IMG/VR virus record: IMGVR_UViG_3300000970_000006
DNA length: 64,000 bases
Reading direction: 5' to 3' (one strand)
DNA from: a virus
Shown here: positions 55,885 through 64,000 of the stretch, piece by piece
Layout: every line of letters starts with the position of its first letter
How positions within the stretch are numbered: the stretch's first letter is position 1
Program-made: the position numbers and the translations under genes
The notes under the pieces: generated by a model
What the model was told of the DNA's origin: nothing
Databases searched by the model: none
The model's input: only the letters and a program-made list of their open reading frames with translations

Positions 55885-56564
55885 TCATCTCCAAATTCAA
55901 TTTCCACTGGCGCGGATAATGCAAATTTTTCAAACGGAAACATAGCAAACATAACTTCTTGATTTTTACGTTTTGCTTTATTAATTTCATTTTTGCAATA
56001 ATGTTTAGCTGATATTTGGTCAGGAAAATATTCTATAACAGCATTAGTTAACATCGGAATACCATCGTCATCAAGACCCATTATTTCCATAACAAACGCT
56101 GGACCTTTTGGCGTGAATTTTTTATTAGAAATTAGTCTAAAATTAGATGCTGATAAATTTTCAATTTTTGTTCCATTTTGTTTTTCAACACATATATTAT
56201 CAGTAAATTGTCCTACATAATAACCATCACTATGCGCATCAACTATTGATTGTGTTATAGAAGTAATTACTACTTCTTCATTAGCGTCTATTTTGGTATA
56301 TTGTTTTTTAGGAGACACAACATCACCAACACTTAATATATTATATTTTGAATATTCTTCTTCAGTAATTATTCGCAAATTAGATAATTCATTAATGTCA
56401 ATATTACTACCACAAACAATAAATGAACCTGTTTGTGTTTTTCTTACTCTTAAAATAGAACCTTTTTTTATAGTAGAAAAATATGAAATATTTATACGTG
56501 TATTTTTATCGCATATTGCAATAAATTTTTCGCCTTCTTTAATATCCTCAATATTAATTGACAT
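55881..56564 (-). CDS. Hypothetical protein, paralog family member 3
   Basis: C-terminal about 70 aa aligns by eye with neighbours. Confidence 0.65.
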   Translation of the reverse strand: MSINIEDIKEGEKFIAICDKNTRINISYFSTIKKGSILRVRKTQTGSFIVCGSNIDINELSNLRIITEEEYSKYNILSVGDVVSPKKQYTKIDANEEVVITSITQSIVDAHSDGYYVGQFTDNICVEKQNGTKIENLSASNFRLISNKKFTPKGPAFVMEIMGLDDDGIPMLTNAVIEYFPDQISAKHYCKNEINKAKRKNQEVMFAMFPFEKFALSAPVEIEFGDE

Positions 56565-56622
56565 AATACATTACCTTTTCAAATATATGTTTAATATAAT
56601 AACATATATTTAATCGGTTGTA

Positions 56623-57897
56623 TTATTTTTTTGTCTGTTTAGATTTAAAGTATTCCTGTATTTCTTTGTTTGTTGAGTAGTTAAGATGAAAAGATGCGTC
56701 AACTGGCGGAATTTCAGTAAATTCAGATTTTTTAATAGGATTTTTTCTATCAAAATGAGTACACATCTTTAACCAATTATCCCATTGAATAAATGACAAT
56801 TCAATATCAATATCAAATCTACCTTTTCGAATAAGAGCAGGGTCAAGCGATTCTTTATGATTAGTTGTTGCAATAACAATCATGCCATCGGGAGTTGTTA
56901 AGCCGTCAAGAAAATTAAGGACCTTTGATAAATTTGGAGCACCAAAATTTTTAAGATTTTTTGCGACTTTATCATCAGTGTTATTATTATCTCGATTAAC
57001 TGTTATTCCTGCAACGTCTATATCTTCCATAACAAACAGTGGATTTTCATTAACTGATGAAAATATATTACCACTTGATTCGTTAAGCGCAGCCGAGTCC
57101 ATTAAATGTATCGACAGATTAAATTCTGATGCAATTGCGTGAATAAAACTAGTTTTTCCTGTACCAGGTTTTCCTGACAATAAGATGCCGAAATGATATG
57201 GTATACCTTTTCTTTTATAATGTTCTTTTGAATCAATAAATCGGCGAAGAGCACTAACGACATAATCTTTATCATTATCATTTATAAAGATAGTATTTAA
57301 AGGCCGTTTTTCTTTTTTACATGCCGTATAAAAATATCCATCGGAATAAGTTTGAATTTTTATTTTGTCGTTCTTATTTTTATCTTTAACAAATTCATTA
57401 ATATTGAAATTAATACTTGTTGGAATCCAATTACCACGGCCTAAAACATTAATAGTCATTTGTTCTTTAAATTTAGCAGTAGCATTGCTTTCTTCTTTTT
57501 CACGTGTTACCGTACAGGGGACGTAGTAGTTAAATCCAAAAATAGAACGCTGTTTTAAAAAACCATAATGGGTTCCATAACCCACAGTGCTTTTGTAATC
57601 ACCAGAGTATTCATGGGACATATGAAATTTTCGTTGAATTTTAGTCCATACTACTTCATTTAGAAAATATTCTGATACAGCATAATATTTTTCATTATCA
57701 GAATTAAATGTGATTTGGGTAGTTACTATACGAATAAAAAAATGATAAATTCTAGATGGTATTTCCCGACACATGTATAATAAAGTGGCTAATAAACCAG
57801 ACCCTACCATGCCAATCAAAAATTCATTATCATTTATTTGTGCGGATAACCATTGTTCTCCATTAAGCCATAATGTATTATACAATTCTTCAAACAT
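56623..57897 (-). CDS. BCS1-like membrane-anchored AAA ATPase
   Basis: N-terminal TM (FLIGMVGSGLLATLLY), GIPYHFGILLSGKPGTGKTS, MEDID, LNFLDG, TTNHKESLDPALIRKGRFD. Confidence 0.85.
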   Translation of the reverse strand: MFEELYNTLWLNGEQWLSAQINDNEFLIGMVGSGLLATLLYMCREIPSRIYHFFIRIVTTQITFNSDNEKYYAVSEYFLNEVVWTKIQRKFHMSHEYSGDYKSTVGYGTHYGFLKQRSIFGFNYYVPCTVTREKEESNATAKFKEQMTINVLGRGNWIPTSINFNINEFVKDKNKNDKIKIQTYSDGYFYTACKKEKRPLNTIFINDNDKDYVVSALRRFIDSKEHYKRKGIPYHFGILLSGKPGTGKTSFIHAIASEFNLSIHLMDSAALNESSGNIFSSVNENPLFVMEDIDVAGITVNRDNNNTDDKVAKNLKNFGAPNLSKVLNFLDGLTTPDGMIVIATTNHKESLDPALIRKGRFDIDIELSFIQWDNWLKMCTHFDRKNPIKKSEFTEIPPVDASFHLNYSTNKEIQEYFKSKQTKK

Positions 57898-57972
57898 AAA
57901 TTCACCCTTAATATTGCATAAACACTTTTAAACACTAATTAAAGCGTCTAAAAGTGTGGCGCTATTAAGAGC

Positions 57973-58260
57973 TTATTCAGTATTTTCTTTTTCTGGATTT
58001 TCGTCTTCTGATGATTCTTCATCGGTAATTAAGTCTTTAACAAAATTAAATGAATCATTAGCTTTGTTTTTTACGAAACCCGTTCCTTCTTTTACTCCAT
58101 CGGTAAAAGCAGTCGCGCCATCTTCAACTGTTTCGACAACTGCAGTTCCAGCATTTCCAAAAAAATTAAAAAATTGATATGTTTTCCAAATACCAAATGT
58201 CAATAATAGACAAATAAATATTACAGATAAACTCTTTAAAATAGATGCCATTGATTTCAT
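57973..58260 (-). CDS. Membrane-anchored hypothetical protein
   Basis: N-terminal TM, acidic tail. Confidence 0.6.
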   Translation of the reverse strand: MKSMASILKSLSVIFICLLLTFGIWKTYQFFNFFGNAGTAVVETVEDGATAFTDGVKEGTGFVKNKANDSFNFVKDLITDEESSEDENPEKENTE

Positions 58261-58742
58261 TATACATTCTCCATTTCTTCATTCAATATTGTAACAATTT
58301 TATTATATGCAACATGCGCAATTTTAATGGAAATATGGTCTTCATCAATTTCAGGAGAAGTCTTTCCCAAAGAATTTGCAACTTCCATTGGAAGATTTGT
58401 TTTAGCACTTTGATGAGTAGCGACCATAGCATCACTTAATTTTGCAGTATGAACAGAAAATTTATCTTCAACATTATATTCAAAAATAGCATATACGCTA
58501 TCGTCTTCATAATCGTATTCTTTAATAAAATTTGGCTGATTTTTTAAATATTCAATTTGTTCTTCATAATCTTCTCGATTACCACCACCCATTTTTGTTA
58601 ATATGATAATAGTTTTACCATCATCAGATAACCAGGCGTTTCTAAATCTCCCAATTTTATCAACATCTAACTTAGTTATTCCTAAACAAATATCAGCAAA
58701 AGAATTAAAACCACCAATAGCCATATTATATAATGAAGACAT
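58260..58742 (-). CDS. Conserved phage hypothetical protein
   Basis: SLYNM...GRFRNAW...TKMGGGNREDY motifs. Confidence 0.65.
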   Translation of the reverse strand: MSSLYNMAIGGFNSFADICLGITKLDVDKIGRFRNAWLSDDGKTIIILTKMGGGNREDYEEQIEYLKNQPNFIKEYDYEDDSVYAIFEYNVEDKFSVHTAKLSDAMVATHQSAKTNLPMEVANSLGKTSPEIDEDHISIKIAHVAYNKIVTILNEEMENV

Positions 58743-58819
58743 TTTTATTTTCCATTTAATTTATATTATAACTATAGTAATTAATTGCAAATATTTATTA
58801 CAATATAATGAATCTTTAC

Positions 58820-59320
58820 TTAACTAAATTGGCATGATGGAAGTCCAATTTTGTTTCCTATCCAATATGACCAATTATTTTTTAATGCATTTTTATGAAT
58901 TTTTAATCTTCTGTCGTGCCATCTACCCCAGGCGTCATATTCATTTTTAATAGAATCTATATTGTCTTGGATAATTTTTGGACGCGGAATATTAAATTGT
59001 TTCCTCATGTTTAATGATTCTTCCATATCTCTTTCATAAGAACCGGTAACATAAAACATAGGAATTAAACCTGGTATAGAATCTTCCATACTCTGTATAA
59101 CTTCAAGAACATATTCGTTTCCTACTTTAGAATAATCATCTTGTATTTTCGAAGCTTTGATTATATCGACAGCTGTCATAAGTGACCATCTATGAATACT
59201 ACCAATTGATATTTCGTCTTGAGATTTACCTTTTTCACTATTTTCATGGTCTAAAATAGATTTTTCAACAGCCTGAATAGCTTCATCAATAGTTATAGGA
59301 TATTTGTCAAGATTTCTCAT
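58820..59320 (-). CDS. Hypothetical protein
   Basis: 166-aa ORF. Confidence 0.6.
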   Translation of the reverse strand: MRNLDKYPITIDEAIQAVEKSILDHENSEKGKSQDEISIGSIHRWSLMTAVDIIKASKIQDDYSKVGNEYVLEVIQSMEDSIPGLIPMFYVTGSYERDMEESLNMRKQFNIPRPKIIQDNIDSIKNEYDAWGRWHDRRLKIHKNALKNNWSYWIGNKIGLPSCQFS

Positions 59321-59429
59321 CTGTTTTATTGCCTTTAAATAACCACCATAATTGCGTTTTTACAAATTCTGGAAATCCTAGCATTGATAAAAATATTAAT
59401 CCACTTAAATAAAATGAAGGCCAGTCCAT
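59307..59429 (-). CDS. 40-aa membrane peptide (missed by ORF track)
   Basis: MDWPSFYLSGLIFLSMLGFPEFVKTQLWWLF... Confidence 0.4.
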   Translation of the reverse strand: MDWPSFYLSGLIFLSMLGFPEFVKTQLWWLFKGNKTDEKS

Positions 59430-59454
59430 AAAATTTGTTCCTAAATAAAATGTA

Positions 59455-59534
59455 GCGGTTAACTACAGACGATCTTAATGGGTATTGGCGCGACTCTCAA
59501 CACGAACACGCCGCAGGGTTTCTGGTTAACCGCT
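59455..59534 (-). ncRNA. Structured intergenic element
   Basis: 10-bp agcggttaac/gttaaccgct closing stem with inner caga/tctg and ggcg/cgcc pairs; G+C-rich relative to flanks. Confidence 0.4.
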
Positions 59535-59577
59535 CTTTAATGTTGAATACTACAAACCCTTTTTCATCAACAAAATA

Positions 59578-60018
59578 TTATGCGAGAGCTGCTGATTTCC
59601 ATTCTTCAAATTTTTGAGAAACATCACGGCTATCTCCAGAAGAATATTTTTTCACCATGTTATGAATAGCATTCCAGTCTGGTTGCGTACGAGTTTTTTC
59701 GTTTTCCATGACTCTATAATCGTGGCCTCTTAAATAACCATATGCTAGATGAGTCGAACGAGCAGCTTTACGAACAATATTTGTTCTATGTTCTGCCATA
59801 GAATTTGCGCGTCGTGTTATACCTTTGGTTAATTCAACCAGATTATAATCGCGCTCTTGTTCTAAAGCATGAATTTCGTCAATAGTAAGAGTTTCATTTT
59901 CTTCTATTAATCGTTTTGTTAAACGTTTTACCTTAGATCGAAGTTTTTTAACTTCACTTTGGATAATCTTGCTTTCGGCTGCAAGAGTTTTTGTTTTGAT
60001 TTTTAATTCAAATGACAT
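59578..60018 (-). CDS. Conserved phage hypothetical protein
   Basis: MSFELKIKTKTLAAESKII...HRTNIVRKAARSTHLAYGYLRG; AAAGGA RBS before ATG 60018. Confidence 0.7.
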   Translation of the reverse strand: MSFELKIKTKTLAAESKIIQSEVKKLRSKVKRLTKRLIEENETLTIDEIHALEQERDYNLVELTKGITRRANSMAEHRTNIVRKAARSTHLAYGYLRGHDYRVMENEKTRTQPDWNAIHNMVKKYSSGDSRDVSQKFEEWKSAALA

Positions 60019-60149
60019 TTTCAGCTTCCTTTTTTTGCTGTTTTTAAAATAGAATAGTGTGTTTCTATCCGTCACGGCGGTCCCCGATTAGAGGGAAGTT
60101 CAATCTACATTTGACATTTTTGTTTCCTCACAATAATAATAGTATATTG

Positions 60150-60178
60150 ATTATACTATATAACATAACCGTTGGTAA
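60150..60178 (-). promoter_or_regulatory. sigma70-type promoter
   Basis: TTACCA-17 bp-TATAAT. Confidence 0.55.
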
Positions 60179-60212
60179 TACGTAATAAGTCATTATTTTT
60201 AAAAATGACATT

Positions 60213-60446
60213 TTACGTCTCTTTACCTTTAAATGGTTTGCCTTCTTTTGAATCTATGCGACATTCTTTTTTAGTTAATCGAGAATCCGGTGGCCATACA
60301 TCATCGGCGACAAATTTTTTCCATTGTTTTTCCATTTCAATTATACGCTGTTCGCAGCTATAAATTGTATCATATGGTCCTCTATTATCGCGAAGTTCTT
60401 GACATCCTAATAAAGTCGAACATGTTACTATTACTGCAAAAAACAT
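60213..60446 (-). CDS. Small secreted/lipoprotein-like Cys-containing protein
   Basis: Hydrophobic N-terminus LLGC; CEQR...KKEC. Confidence 0.55.
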   Translation of the reverse strand: MFFAVIVTCSTLLGCQELRDNRGPYDTIYSCEQRIIEMEKQWKKFVADDVWPPDSRLTKKECRIDSKEGKPFKGKET

Positions 60447-60456
60447 TATAATTTTC

Positions 60457-60687
60457 CTATTTTTCTATCATATCTCTCAGAGTTGATATGTGTCTTTCAG
60501 CGTCGTGACACAATAATTGTAATTTTTTACGCTCTTGTTTTAATTTACTTACAGCATATATACAATGCTCACCATTCGTACAGACATGGTCGTGATTTTC
60601 ACCCGCGCCTTCTCTATCACAAGAAATACAATTACAAAGATAGCACCTTTGTGCTTCTCGAAGTCTATCAATTAAATCAGTCATCAA
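60457..60687 (-). CDS. Hypothetical Cys-rich protein
   Basis: CYLCNCISC...HVC...HC. Confidence 0.55.
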   Translation of the reverse strand: MMTDLIDRLREAQRCYLCNCISCDREGAGENHDHVCTNGEHCIYAVSKLKQERKKLQLLCHDAERHISTLRDMIEK

Positions 60688-60693
60688 TAATAC

Positions 60694-60960
60694 CTAACTA
60701 AGAAACGCGGCTGACATAATTATCGAGACAAAAATTACAATAGAATAAAACGCCCAATTATTAGAATATTGTTCATCTTTTTGAATATATTTTTTAATTT
60801 CATGATAATACCAAAAAGCATCAGCATCATCTTTTGGTTGAGGAAGACCTGTTAATTTGTAAATTGATTTAGCCATATCATATTCGCCTTTTTGAATTAA
60901 ATCAATTTCACTCTTTTTATATTTGCGCGGTGGCGGTATAGTTTCTTTACTCATCATCAT
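60694..60960 (-). CDS. Hypothetical protein with C-terminal TM
   Basis: AAAGGA RBS. Confidence 0.55.
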   Translation of the reverse strand: MMMSKETIPPPRKYKKSEIDLIQKGEYDMAKSIYKLTGLPQPKDDADAFWYYHEIKKYIQKDEQYSNNWAFYSIVIFVSIIMSAAFLS

Positions 60961-60967
60961 TTTCCTT

Positions 60968-61037
60968 TGGTCGCCAACAGGAGAGTTGAACTCCTCGAAT
61001 TAGGATTGAAAGCCTTTTCTGTACCACTACGTTGACG
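60968..61037 (-). tRNA. Degenerate tRNA-like element (Glu-TTC-like), D-arm truncated
   Basis: 7-bp acceptor CGTCAAC/GTTGGCG + A + CCA; T-arm AGGAG-TTCAACT-CTCCT; loop CTTTCAA with mismatched stem. Confidence 0.5.
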
Positions 61038-61308
61038 AAAATTTCATGTGATAATCAACTGCGTCTTGATTATTATAAAATCTTAATGTTGCATTCTCAT
61101 TTTCATGTCTTGCTTGACATATATCATATTCACCTATTATAGTCTCTAAAAATTCTAATAGTTTATCACTTGGACTGTACCAAATAATTTCTCTATCAGA
61201 TATAACCGAGTGGCATCTTTCTGGAATTAACTTTATTTCAAATTCATAAACTAAAGTATTAATTACCATACTTTTGAGCCCAATCAGGTAATTCAGAAGG
61301 GTCGACAC
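61027..61308 (-). CDS. Hypothetical protein
   Basis: ORF; start uncertain; stop overlaps tRNA-like element. Confidence 0.45.
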   Translation of the reverse strand: MSTLLNYLIGLKSMVINTLVYEFEIKLIPERCHSVISDREIIWYSPSDKLLEFLETIIGEYDICQARHENENATLRFYNNQDAVDYHMKFSST

Positions 61309-62272
61309 CGGTTTTATTTTTTATTTTTCCAACTAAATGATTATATGTTTCTGTTTTAGATGATATAGGAATATAATTATTCATATATCGAACAAAGTCA
61401 CAAAATACATCTTCAGTATCTTTTGCGTAACCTCCAGTATCTGCTTGAATTATGTCGCTAGCTGCTTCCATAAATTTTTGTTGATTAGTTCGTGGAGGTT
61501 TATTAAAAATTAAACTGATGCAACGTTTTGCATTTGAACCATAATATATTTTAGAATCAGCGGGTACATATTCAGTAAAAAAATCAGATATATCCATGGC
61601 TACGGCAGTATAAACAAAAGTAAATCTTTTGAAGCCTCTGTCTATATTCCACTGATTCATAAAATCAACTACTTCTTTAACAGAATGTGTATCACCTTGA
61701 ATATAATTTGCTAATTTACGACACAAATCAGGAAGGTCATTAAGGAAATAATCAACGCCGCCATTTTTGAAACCGGGTGGTTGATTACCAATAGAAGTAA
61801 ATAAAGGACCTGAATTATCATCAACATATGCTTTTAAAAATTTTACCATCATAGACATATCACGATGCATGCCAAAATATTGACATAAACTATTACGATA
61901 TCCATGGTCATTTTCAAACGATGCTCCGGACCCAGTGCACCGATGAAAAATAAAGGCGTATAACCAATCAACCAAATTCCAATTTTCGGTTTGATACAAT
62001 CCAATTAATTGACGGCGGTCTTCATTTTGTTTAAAGTATTTTGGATTTCTTTCTCGATGCCACAAATCCATAGGCACATTTGAAAAACCAGCGTATTTAC
62101 GCTCAACAGTGTCATATATATGAATATTTTGCTGCAAATCATCCCCTACGAGTCTGTTTATAAGTTCGCCATTATAATCAGTATCAGAAATATTACAATT
62201 ATCTTGTAATACTTTTGCACGATTATAGTAGCCGATAAAATGCTCGTAGAGAAATGTTTTTTGAAGTTCCAT
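61259..62272 (-). CDS. Amino acid:DNA transferase (aGPT-PPlase clade 2-like) for thymidine hypermodification
   Basis: YDTVERKYAGFS, WLYAFIFHRCTGS, GYRNS, FTSIGNQPP, YTAVAMDISDF, IYYGSNAKRCI, EDVFCDFVRY. Confidence 0.72.
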   Translation of the reverse strand: MELQKTFLYEHFIGYYNRAKVLQDNCNISDTDYNGELINRLVGDDLQQNIHIYDTVERKYAGFSNVPMDLWHRERNPKYFKQNEDRRQLIGLYQTENWNLVDWLYAFIFHRCTGSGASFENDHGYRNSLCQYFGMHRDMSMMVKFLKAYVDDNSGPLFTSIGNQPPGFKNGGVDYFLNDLPDLCRKLANYIQGDTHSVKEVVDFMNQWNIDRGFKRFTFVYTAVAMDISDFFTEYVPADSKIYYGSNAKRCISLIFNKPPRTNQQKFMEAASDIIQADTGGYAKDTEDVFCDFVRYMNNYIPISSKTETYNHLVGKIKNKTGVDPSELPDWAQKYGN

Positions 62273-62274
62273 GG

Positions 62275-62646
62275 TTAATTAATTGAACTTTCTGTTGGAG
62301 CCTCTTCTGGAACCATTCCATATGAATTTTCCAAAATTTTAGAAATATTTTCAGTTAGTGCTTTTTGAAAATCTGGATGAGCTAATAATTCTGCAACTTC
62401 TTCTTGAACCATAGTTATCAGGTTAGATGGAGTTAGTCCATCTAATTGTCCTTTTTTGTGTTCAATGCTAAAAATTGTTGCGCTAGCATGCATATAACTT
62501 TTTATAAATTCTGCAGCTAAAATCCATCTTGCGCAATCGGTAGAATGTGATGTTTTTTCTGCAGCCGATAATGCAGTATCAACAAGGTCTTTACAAGTTC
62601 CGCATCCACAAAATGCATCATCAGGATTATAACTTTCAGATTTCAT
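62275..62646 (-). CDS. Hypothetical protein
   Basis: CGCGTC motif. Confidence 0.6.
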   Translation of the reverse strand: MKSESYNPDDAFCGCGTCKDLVDTALSAAEKTSHSTDCARWILAAEFIKSYMHASATIFSIEHKKGQLDGLTPSNLITMVQEEVAELLAHPDFQKALTENISKILENSYGMVPEEAPTESSIN

Positions 62647-62649
62647 AGT

Positions 62650-63699
62650 TTATTCTTTCCATAAGTATTCGGTAGGACTTAAGTGTACAGACCGTGGTTT
62701 TTCCATAACATCGAAACGCAAACGTCCTTCTGTATCATAAAAATGACTTGGCCATTCTCTCACTTCAAAGTTATATTTTTTACTGTACTTTATTAATTCA
62801 TCAATAAACACATTTCGTATTCCATTCCTTACAGCCCAATCTCCATAAAATGGTGTTCCTTTATACCAGCCTGATTTTGGAAGAATTCTACTTTCATCTT
62901 CGATAGGAAGAGGTTCTATTATTACCACAGGGTGAGTTCCTGAAAGGTTTAATATTTCAGCTACATAATCAGCAACTAAACTTTTAGTTGCCGCGTGTGG
63001 GTCATCTGTGCGAGCCAAATGATGCCGTATGTCGATATTGCCAAAATATGCAATGAGTTTTAATTCTCCTTGTGCAATGTCGTGAATCATATTCGGTGTT
63101 AAAAGTTTATCAAAACCAATTCGTGTTGCACCATGAAGAGTTTTAAAATCATTTCTATTAACTAGTGTATTATTATCTTCTTTAGTATAACAACTAGCAG
63201 AATGACTATCTCCTAACACTATTGAATTAAAAACATCAAGTTCATCAAGTTTTTCGGCATCAATTATTGTTCTATTTGATAACATAAAATCCATTTTTTC
63301 AAAATCTATATTGCTAAATAAATTTTCAAATTCCGGTTTAATTCTAGATTTTATCAATGAGCCGTACATTGGAGACTTCCAATCAAGACTAAATACTAAT
63401 TTATGATTAGATGTTAAAATTTTATGTAAGTCATGAGCTTTATCGGCAAGTTTCTGAAATGACTTTCCATCTTTAAGAAAATAATTTAATGATTTCATGT
63501 CAGTTGGAGATTCATGGCCATGATATAAAAATAAAGCATCGTATTCAACAGGATTATCAGTGCCTTGAATAATGTCAAATGAGCATTTATATAAATGTTC
63601 AAGCTTTTGTTTATAATATTCAGCCCACCCTCTACGGTGTGAATGTAGTGATTTCGCTATAGGAGTTATAGGAGAATATATGCCGAATTTTTTATCCAT
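62650..63699 (-). CDS. SGNH-like protein of phage base-modification neighbourhoods
   Basis: SHRRGWA, LGDSHS, KTLHGA, FGNIDIRHHL, PIEDESRILPKSGWYKGTPFYG, MEKPRSVHLSP. Confidence 0.6.
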   Translation of the reverse strand: MDKKFGIYSPITPIAKSLHSHRRGWAEYYKQKLEHLYKCSFDIIQGTDNPVEYDALFLYHGHESPTDMKSLNYFLKDGKSFQKLADKAHDLHKILTSNHKLVFSLDWKSPMYGSLIKSRIKPEFENLFSNIDFEKMDFMLSNRTIIDAEKLDELDVFNSIVLGDSHSASCYTKEDNNTLVNRNDFKTLHGATRIGFDKLLTPNMIHDIAQGELKLIAYFGNIDIRHHLARTDDPHAATKSLVADYVAEILNLSGTHPVVIIEPLPIEDESRILPKSGWYKGTPFYGDWAVRNGIRNVFIDELIKYSKKYNFEVREWPSHFYDTEGRLRFDVMEKPRSVHLSPTEYLWKE

Positions 63700-63907
63700 T
63701 TAATTGTACCGTATTTGATTTTTGTAATTTATCATTGGCTAATCGCATTTGATTTAAAATTACATTTATTTTTTCTTGAACATTTATACCTTTTAAATAG
63801 CTATCACCTGGAAGATTACTTTGCATTAATTGTAGTAAGTCTACTTGAATGTTTGCTAATTGAAGTTGTAAATCAGCTATTTCTCTTTTATATTCATCAA
63901 TATTCAT
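63692..63907 (-). CDS. Hypothetical coiled-coil protein
   Basis: 71-aa ORF coupled to neighbours. Confidence 0.55.
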   Translation of the reverse strand: MNIDEYKREIADLQLQLANIQVDLLQLMQSNLPGDSYLKGINVQEKINVILNQMRLANDKLQKSNTVQLNG

Positions 63908-63999
63908 TATAAAACCTTAATAAGAGCATTAGTTTTTTTATCTCTTATTTCTTGAGTGCCATCTTTTTTACTATGCCAAGTATAACCATTTTCTTGACA
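63907..63999 (-). CDS. Partial ORF (3' end), runs off window
   Basis: CQENGYTWHSKKDGTQEIRDKKTNALIKVL then TAATG coupling. Confidence 0.45.
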   Translation of the reverse strand, partial: CQENGYTWHSKKDGTQEIRDKKTNALIKVL

Positions 64000-64000
64000 C

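Noticed and set aside
316-63912. Numerous 60-170 aa ORFs antisense or out of frame to recognised genes
   Set aside because: No RBS or recognisable motifs; fully explained as shadows of coding strands
63907-63999. WHH/HNH nuclease from GYTWH motif
   Set aside because: Only 30 residues visible and second His absent

Overview
AT-rich fragment of a large T4-like myophage genome; host possibly an alphaproteobacterium (inference from a cuckoo-type sRNA motif). 1-7.6 kb (+): replication/late-transcription block (rnh C-terminus, PhoH, PD-(D/E)xK exonuclease, gp33, gp59, gp32) plus unknown early genes. 7.6-37.7 kb (mostly -): virion morphogenesis (tape measure/gp29-like, gp26/gp51, gp15-14-13, tail fibre and chaperone, 1905-aa DUF4815-like protein with an embedded Hint domain, gp8, gp7, gp6, gp25, a gp5 split in two genes carrying two different peptidoglycan hydrolases, gp27-like hub, gp53, gp48). 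37.8-42.1 kb: gp4, HD hydrolase, degenerate RNA ligase, gp2, gp54/19-like, relocated gp16-like. 42.2-64 kb (-): accessory region with two AAA ATPases, NAD salvage pair (NadV/NatV), TerB, Pth2, DenV-like glycosylase, thymidine-hypermodification genes and many small ORFs. Best leads: multi-hairpin 3'-UTR RNAs with anti-Shine-Dalgarno loops (one with an exact CCUCCUCCC cuckoo motif, one complementary to its own gene's RBS), a candidate -1 frameshift fusing gp26 to a start-less gp51, the Hint domain, the split double-enzyme gp5, and a variant late-promoter motif. All family assignments are from motif recognition by eye; no searches were run.
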